From: a virus
Length of the DNA: 64,000 bases
Strand: one strand, 5' to 3'
Virus record (IMG/VR): IMGVR_UViG_3300036781_000236
Coordinates: 23,999-87,998 of that record
The first letter of the stretch is position 1, and the number at the start of each line of letters is the position of its first letter. The notes below the pieces were generated by a model. That model saw nothing but the letters and a program-made list of their open reading frames with translations. It had not been told where the DNA came from and did not search any database. The position numbers and the translations under genes are program-made. Of this stretch, positions 58,344 to 64,000 are shown piece by piece.

Positions 58344-60327
58344 GCGAGTGTGATTTGTCCGGGATGGACGTACGGCAACGGCTCGCCGTCAAGCTCGAGC
58401 TTGACTAGCTCTGAGCGCGCGCCATCCCAACCGCACTCTCCGCACCCAACTTCACAGAAAGCGCCTGAGTCTCGCGCGACGTGGTCCCAGTCGACATCTT
58501 TCTCACCGTCTGTGGGTTCTAGGTTCTTATCGAGAGAACGAAAGCCCTGCACGAGCACGGCTTCCAAGAATCCGTCCGTTTCTTTGCACTTCGGGCAGCG
58601 GTAGGTCGACTTCGGTGTGTCCGTCATGGCTAGTACCAGTCCCCAGCACCAGTGATGTGCGCGTACTGATCACGACGATACGCCTGCGCGCTCTCAACTT
58701 TAGCGAGACGTTCCGGTGTCGGTAGATAGTGCAACTCGTCCTCCTTATACGCGCGGGGGTCGTCGTCGCTTTCGTGGTTCTCGAAGTACGAGAACCCTTT
58801 ACCCCACGTGGTGAGCCAGATCGTTTCGTGGTCTGTCGCCGGGTCGCTCTCGACACCGTGAACGTCGAACTCGCACCCAGCGCGTAGGAGCGCCCAGCAC
58901 TCACCGACCTGGAACTGTGCCGTGTAGCTGTCGAGGTCGTGCCAGTTCGTCTCCGGCACTGTCGCCTGCTCGCAGATAGCGATCAGTTCCTCCCGCGTGT
59001 AATCCGTGCGGACGGTCACAGCGACTCTCCGTTCACGACGAGACGGCCCCGAGTGTCGATACGGTCACCCACGACATGCGCGTGAGGGCACACGAACTCA
59101 CCGTACGCCACTACCCGGTACACGAAGTCGGCCCCACCTGCGCGTGTCTCAGGGTTGGTGACGCACCCGCAGATCAACGTCACTTCCACCTGTGTGTCGC
59201 GACGCGGCTTCATGCATCCTTCCATTCGGTAAGTGGCTTGAACTCTTCGCAAGAGTCAACGATAGGAATGTCCGGCCCACGGTTCATCCAGAGCGAACAC
59301 CCTGGCGTGTGACACTCTCCGCCCTTACCAGCGAGACAACCTGTGCAAAGCACAAGCGTCACTCGCACCAAGCCGAGCGTCTCTTCGAGAGGGACGCTCA
59401 TGCGCCCTCAATCCGCACGTACTGCCTTTTCGGGGTCCGGGTCTGCGCAGCCGCGACGATCACGGCGTACGCGGGATTCGCTCCCGCGATCTGCTTCGCG
59501 ACCGCCGCATTGACTTTGTAGGTGACTGTCTCCCCTACAAGCGCCTGGTAGCGCTCCGCAGGTAGCCCCGCGTCCAACAGCTTCACGAGTTCGGTGATGT
59601 CCCACGTGAGTTCCGTGTCCGCGCTCACCGAAGCTGTCACCGCCCCCAGGTGCAACGTTTTGGTGCCCTGCCGTGCGCTCTCCTCCACCAGCGCGGCTTC
59701 CAACACCGCGCGGGCGCCGTCGGCGTGACGCTTCCAGTCCCGCAGCGACGACAACGCACGCGCGACCTCCGCGGCATCATCGAGGTTGACGATCTGGCCC
59801 GTGCCGGGGAGTACGAGTTCGCGGGATTCGTTGACGGCTAGGTCGGTCACGCGGGCGTGATCTCAATCTTCGGCTCCGACTTCACCGACATCTTCCGTGG
59901 CTGCCACGCCACCTCGCTCACCGCGACGAACGTGCCGTTCACCGGATCGCTGTCTGTGTCAGCGGCCTGCATCGCGTACACCCGCAGAGCGTGGTCGCGG
60001 TCCCTGGCCTGCACATCGCCGCTAGGAACCCAGACCGCGCGCGTCTCGCCAGAATCCGGGTACACGATGTCGCTCATTTTGAACACATGGAACGTGGTGA
60101 GCGTCTTCTCAGAACCCATCGGGGTGTTCCTCCATCGTGTCGATGCTGCTGTAGCGGATCGCTCCGCCATCGTCGGTGTCGAGCCACACGTCTACCCCGG
60201 CGCTCATCGAGCCGACCAGTGAGCCGGATACCGCATCGCTGATCACGGCGAGCACGTCGTCCTTGGACTTGAATGTGTCCGCGAGTGTGAACGCGCGGCC
60301 GTTACGGGTAGTCACCCGAACTGTCAT
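58340..60327 (-). CDS. Chain of small hypothetical ORFs (58340-58627, 58630-59019, 59210-59401, 59398-59850, 59847-, 60109-60327)
   Basis: Overlapping start/stop codons. Confidence 0.55.
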
Positions 60328-60995
60328 GCTTCCTCTCCTTCGTTCAGGGCAGCCACCAACGGCTCCCACACATGCGACGGGATCAGATAGCCGTCTTCGT
60401 ACGGCTCCGCGAGTTCCGCGGCCTTATGGGCGCACCACGCGACGTGCTCGGCGGCGACCATGATCCTGTCGCGCCGCCCCAACGCGCCACCCCCACCGCC
60501 TGTGCTTTGCCGCGGGCCGTTGATCGCGGCACGCAAATCCTCACGAGTCCAGGCGTTGTCAACCGCCTTTTGCAACCACTCGTTCTGCTCATCCGGTGAC
60601 AACTTGCCAACTGGCTCATGTGTGAGCGCAGGCAGTTCGACGCGCCGCCGGGACTTCGCGATACGCGCCGACAAACTCATGTAGTTACGGAGCGTGTCCG
60701 CCGCGAGTCCTGTGACACGCGCGGCTACGTCGTAACGGTCAGGTGTCGCGCCCTCCGTAGCGGCGTAGGCGTCGTCACCGAACGAACCGACACCCCACAG
60801 CAGCCAGTCGCCCAACGCGAACGCTGACCAGCGGTGAACGTGGCCGAGGCCACGGCCGATGCTCTCCCACTGTTCGAACGACAGCTGGTGCCCTTCGAGG
60901 TCGAGTCCGACGAGGGACAGTGAGCCGTCGGGGAGGTTCGCGGCTTGCTCCAAACCAGCGAACACCGAGTTCTCACGGGTAGCGATCTCGCTCAC
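60324..60995 (-). CDS. LmbU-like DNA-binding protein
   Basis: LSFEQWESIG..L....WSAFALGDWL..G, Y..AA..TGLAADTLRNY, SRRRVEL...H..V..L...EQ.EWL. Confidence 0.7.
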   Translation of the reverse strand: MSEIATRENSVFAGLEQAANLPDGSLSLVGLDLEGHQLSFEQWESIGRGLGHVHRWSAFALGDWLLWGVGSFGDDAYAATEGATPDRYDVAARVTGLAADTLRNYMSLSARIAKSRRRVELPALTHEPVGKLSPDEQNEWLQKAVDNAWTREDLRAAINGPRQSTGGGGGALGRRDRIMVAAEHVAWCAHKAAELAEPYEDGYLIPSHVWEPLVAALNEGEEA

Positions 60996-61535
60996 AGCAG
61001 CGACTCCTGTCCTGGTTGCGCGCCGTCACGGCCGACGAACATCTTGCACTGACCGTTCCCCAACCCGTCCTCGTCACGGGGAATCAGGAGGTGGAGGATG
61101 CTGTCGGGGTTGTTGCACTCCTCGTAGTTATGGAGGGTGTGCGCCATCCAGACGGGGCACGGCGGGTCGACACCGATGTCTAGGTCGTAGTGGATGCAGT
61201 TGGTGCAGTAGTGCGCCTCGTACGCTGCGCCCTCGCTGCCGTTGGAGAAATAGCCCACTAGCTGCTCGTCTCTACGTGCTCGCCTGGAAGGAAGCCGCCT
61301 GGCGCGTTATACCGTGCCTGCACCTCGTCCCACGTCTCGGGGAACGCCGCACGGAGCTTCGCTGCGTTGGTGGAGTCGGCCTGCCTCATCGCTGCCATGA
61401 TGAGCGCGTAGAAGTCAGGCTCGTAGGTCTTGCTTAGTTCGTATTCGTAGCGGCTCACGTGACCGATGATATAGCAGGGAAGCGGGCTGGGCAACTCTCA
61501 ACCTGAGGTTGAGGCCCGTCACGCGGGCGTGACGC

Positions 61536-61919
61536 TCAGGCGGCGATGGTGGCGCGGCGTGGGCCGTGCCGTTTCCGCATCGCCTCGAACGTGAGACCGT
61601 AGTGCTCGCTCAGTGTGCGGATCGTTTCGTCCTGCCGCGACAAGCCGTTCGCTGCTGCCCCCGCGTCCACCGCCGCCAGCAACACGGCTGGGACCCGTAG
61701 CGCGAGCACGTCATCGTTGGGGTTCGGGTGGGCGCGTCTGCCTCGTGGCTCCCACGGTGTCCCGTAGTGCTCGGAGAGGACAGCGACGACGGTGTCGTTG
61801 AGGTTGCTCTCCCGTTCGAGCACGTCGGTGACGATGGCGGCGCGCAACCCTTCGGGGGCGAACGGCAGCCCTGTGGTGGCGGACTGCAACCGCACGAACA
61901 GCTGTCTCAACTCGGTCAT
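61536..61919 (-). CDS. Tandem RHH-like protein
   Basis: Internal duplication, both halves end LSEHYG; LRVPAVLLAAVD..A...GLSR. Confidence 0.55.
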   Translation of the reverse strand: MTELRQLFVRLQSATTGLPFAPEGLRAAIVTDVLERESNLNDTVVAVLSEHYGTPWEPRGRRAHPNPNDDVLALRVPAVLLAAVDAGAAANGLSRQDETIRTLSEHYGLTFEAMRKRHGPRRATIAA

Positions 61920-61962
61920 CGTGTGTCAGGGTAGCGCACAGTTACGCCCGTACCCCCTGAAC

Positions 61963-61992
61963 GACGTAGCGCCCCTTGCGAGGCGCTACGTC
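61963..61992 (-). terminator. Hairpin terminator
   Basis: 11-bp stem GACGTAGCGCC/GGCGCTACGTC. Confidence 0.65.
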
Positions 61993-62044
61993 TCTAGCGG
62001 CGGTTCACGGAGGGCTTGTCACGGTCCACCCCGCCGCTAAGACA

Positions 62045-62557
62045 TCAGTCGTTCCAAGAAAACCACTTGTCAGTTCGAACATAGGTAGCGTCTTCGCGCT
62101 TCTCTACGTTGCCGCGCTCGACCATTTTCACGAGCGCCTTCTCCACACGTCCAACGGTCTTCCCAGCCTTCTCCGCGATTTGTGCGGAGGTTGATCCGTC
62201 TGGCTTGATATACGCGTAGACGCTTTGCTCAAGAGATGTTGTGTAAACGTCCATCTCTTTGAGATGCTCACGAATCGCCTGCATTGATTCGGAGTAGGTT
62301 TGACCGTTGTCGGTTGAACTCCATCCACAGGAGCAGTGGGCTTCGGAGCAGCGGAAGGTGCCACCGCCACGAATGGGCGAACCGCCAAGAGTGCGAGTTC
62401 TAGTGCGGGTAGTGTGACGCTCGGACTGTTTCCAGATCGCGATATTGAGTTCATGTACCCGCTGATAGGCAGCGTAGTGATCGACAACGGTTTCGACAAC
62501 CTCGCCAGTCGCGTCTACTACTTCGTAGTGGCTTCCTCTGTTGATGTACTTGAACAT
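62045..62557 (-). CDS. Hypothetical protein with C-terminal winged HTH, own promoter and terminator
   Basis: TSAQIAEKAGKTVGRVEKALVKMVERG; promoter TTGACA-18-TAGTGT with motif B in spacer. Confidence 0.7.
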   Translation of the reverse strand: MFKYINRGSHYEVVDATGEVVETVVDHYAAYQRVHELNIAIWKQSERHTTRTRTRTLGGSPIRGGGTFRCSEAHCSCGWSSTDNGQTYSESMQAIREHLKEMDVYTTSLEQSVYAYIKPDGSTSAQIAEKAGKTVGRVEKALVKMVERGNVEKREDATYVRTDKWFSWND

Positions 62558-62620
62558 TTCGTACCTCCGTGTTGGTGTGACCGTGACAACCACAACACTA
62601 CACCCTGCTATACGAAGTTG

Positions 62621-63073
62621 TCAAGTCATGTCCAGGGCGGCGACCGCACGGATCTCAGCGTCGCGTGCCTCACGGAAGAACCGAAGCATCTGCCCCCGTA
62701 CGACTTCGGGGCGGTCGGCGCACCGGATCGAGTGCCACCCCCCCACATGCGCGACGGCTTCCCGCACCAGCGGATGCACTACCGGGGCGTCCGCTTGGCG
62801 GGGGCCGCGTGCCCACTGGATGCGCGCCTCGACCTGCCGTGCCGCGTCGCGTTCCGTCGGCAGCCCCAACGCGGTTTCGGCGCAGGCGGCGCGGATCTCA
62901 CCCACCGATGGTGCCCACTCCCGCGACGTTCGCAGCAACGCTTTCACTGCCGCCGCCAGGGTGGATTCGGGTATGTCCGCGAGTTCGCGTTCGTACTGGC
63001 CTAGGTCGAACGGCTGCCGCGGATACGCACGGGCGAGATATGCGACGGTGTCGGTACGCGACGGGGCGCTCAC
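62621..63073 (-). CDS. Helicase loader/inhibitor-like (G39P-like) protein
   Basis: LARAYP...LADIP....AAV......WAPSVGEIR; near DnaB. Confidence 0.55.
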   Translation of the reverse strand: MSAPSRTDTVAYLARAYPRQPFDLGQYERELADIPESTLAAAVKALLRTSREWAPSVGEIRAACAETALGLPTERDAARQVEARIQWARGPRQADAPVVHPLVREAVAHVGGWHSIRCADRPEVVRGQMLRFFREARDAEIRAVAALDMT

Positions 63074-63356
63074 GCCGCAGCGGGCGGGTCGAGCTTCCGG
63101 GTAGCACAGTCACGCGCAGCCTGCCTTGTCGGCAACACCTGCGACCCGCAGTGATACCCACCGCACGCACACAGATACGCGACCAACTTTCCCTTCGGGT
63201 CAACGGTGGGTTTCCCCAACCGCCGCAGCACCGTCCGTGCGTCCTTCCGTGTCTCATAGGTGCGTTTCCCTGGTGTGGGGCACCCGGCGGCTGCTTCGGA
63301 CAGCCAGAACTCCACACGCCAGCTACGGTCGCTCTCACTCCACTTCTTCGCCACCG

Positions 63357-63878
63357 CTACGCGCTTTCGCGGAACGCGCTGGTTTCGGCGGTGGGTAGGA
63401 ACTCACGGAGCGCCCACCGCTCGAACGCACGGTTACACAGACAGAACTTGTCGCGCTTCTCACGGATCAGTTCGACAGCCTCGCGACGCGAGTAGCCGAG
63501 GTCGACCAGCACCTCAACGGTTACGAGCGACGAGCGGTTCAACCCACCCGAGCAGTGAACGAGAACGGGGCCTTCGCCGAGGCAGCGTGCCGCGGCTAGG
63601 GCAGCTGCGTAGATCGCGCCTTGCATCGAAGGCAAGTCGAACTCGTCATCATCCACTAGCGGCACATGGACTGTCACACCCTGGTAGCCCTCCATCGGTT
63701 TCTTCGCTAGGAACTCCTCACACGACACCACGAGGGAGTACCCGATGTAGGACTCTGGGCGGACTCCTTGCCACAGACCAGGGAAGATTTCGCTGACGGC
63801 GGGGATCGCGACGATTCCGGTGTAGTCAGGCTTCGCCACGACACCATTACGTATATCAGGGTGGGTGGGTGGGGTCAA
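63357..63878 (-). CDS. Dual-specificity/Tyr phosphatase
   Basis: VLVHCSGGLNRS (CX5R), PLVDD, IREKR. Confidence 0.85.
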   Translation of the reverse strand: MTPPTHPDIRNGVVAKPDYTGIVAIPAVSEIFPGLWQGVRPESYIGYSLVVSCEEFLAKKPMEGYQGVTVHVPLVDDDEFDLPSMQGAIYAAALAAARCLGEGPVLVHCSGGLNRSSLVTVEVLVDLGYSRREAVELIREKRDKFCLCNRAFERWALREFLPTAETSAFRESA

Positions 63879-64000
63879 GGATCGTACCGCCGCGAAGCCG
63901 CGTTCGGCTCCCGCGCAAGGTCACCGAACGTAGTGTACCTGTCCACGAACGCGACGTTCACGGTCCCGGTGGGGCCGTTGCGGTGCTTCAACACGATCAG
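63875..64000 (-). CDS. DnaB-like helicase, C-terminal fragment (runs off window)
   Basis: LIVLKHRNGPTGTVNVAF...TTFGDL. Confidence 0.8.
   Translation of the reverse strand: MIVLKHRNGPTGTVNVAFVDRYTTFGDLAREPNAASRRYDP

Larger units (their letters stand above)
1..61532. repeat. Dispersed 14-bp near-palindrome, motif A (TCACGC-SS-GCGTGA), about 20 copies
   Basis: Copies at 1, 1686, 8474, 11288, 13485, 21103, 24072, 29463, 32900, 38129, 39409, 44264, 48210, 53908, 56075, 57295, 59847, 61519; degenerate at 25425 and 34800. Confidence 0.92.
19..62619. repeat. Dispersed asymmetric motif B (CCTGCTATACGA / TCGTATAGCAGG), about 18 copies
   Basis: Exact at 1704, 9697, 18197, 29412, 38078, 44213, 55624, 62604; variants at 19, 8498, 11306, 25409, 32918, 46538, 48193, 53926, 56019, 61467. 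Confidence 0.88.

Noticed and set aside
1-61532. Motif A as CRISPR repeat, REP element, parS or CRP site
   Set aside because: Copies are kilobases apart with no spacer array; too short for REP; differs from parS (TGTTTCACGTGAAACA) and has half-sites inverted relative to CRP (TGTGA-N6-TCACA)
32920-62619. Motif B variants (AACTTCGTATAGCA on the minus strand at 32920-32933 and 62606-62619) match 14 nt of loxP
   Set aside because: Only a half site, with no inverted second arm and no Cre-like recombinase in the window; promoter context explains it. Treated as coincidence, not a lox site or vector contamination
1-64000. Integrase, att sites, reverse transcriptase/DGR, cas genes
   Set aside because: No such motifs seen; lifestyle and host cannot be fixed from this window

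Overview
High-GC segment of a tailed actinobacterial-type phage or prophage, mostly encoded on the minus strand. The head/tail module resembles Rosebush-like (cluster B-type) actinophages: portal, MuF, maturation protease, separate hexamer and pentamer capsid genes, tail tube and head-tail adaptor. The window also holds terminase subunits about 25 kb from the portal, lysis genes, a DnaB fragment, two DNA methyltransferases, about 8 HNH nucleases, tRNA-Ser/Leu genes, and about 9 glycosyltransferases plus 3 sugar-type methyltransferases and an epimerase. Most notable: (1) a recurring (L/M/V)-(T/V)-A-(A/S)-(A/G) motif in head proteins that brackets a 2H-phosphoesterase domain and an AAA ATPase domain, suggesting protease-released virion cargo; (2) two tandem 118-nt tRNA-like RNAs on long stems inside coupled ORFs; (3) an HNH gene nested off-frame inside a still-open DNA methyltransferase ORF, between duplicated target motifs; (4) a tRNA-Ser split in the anticodon arm by a bare HNH ORF; (5) three dispersed DNA motifs (A, B, C) combined at fixed spacings around sigma70-type promoters. 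All calls come from reading motifs by eye; no database searches were run.
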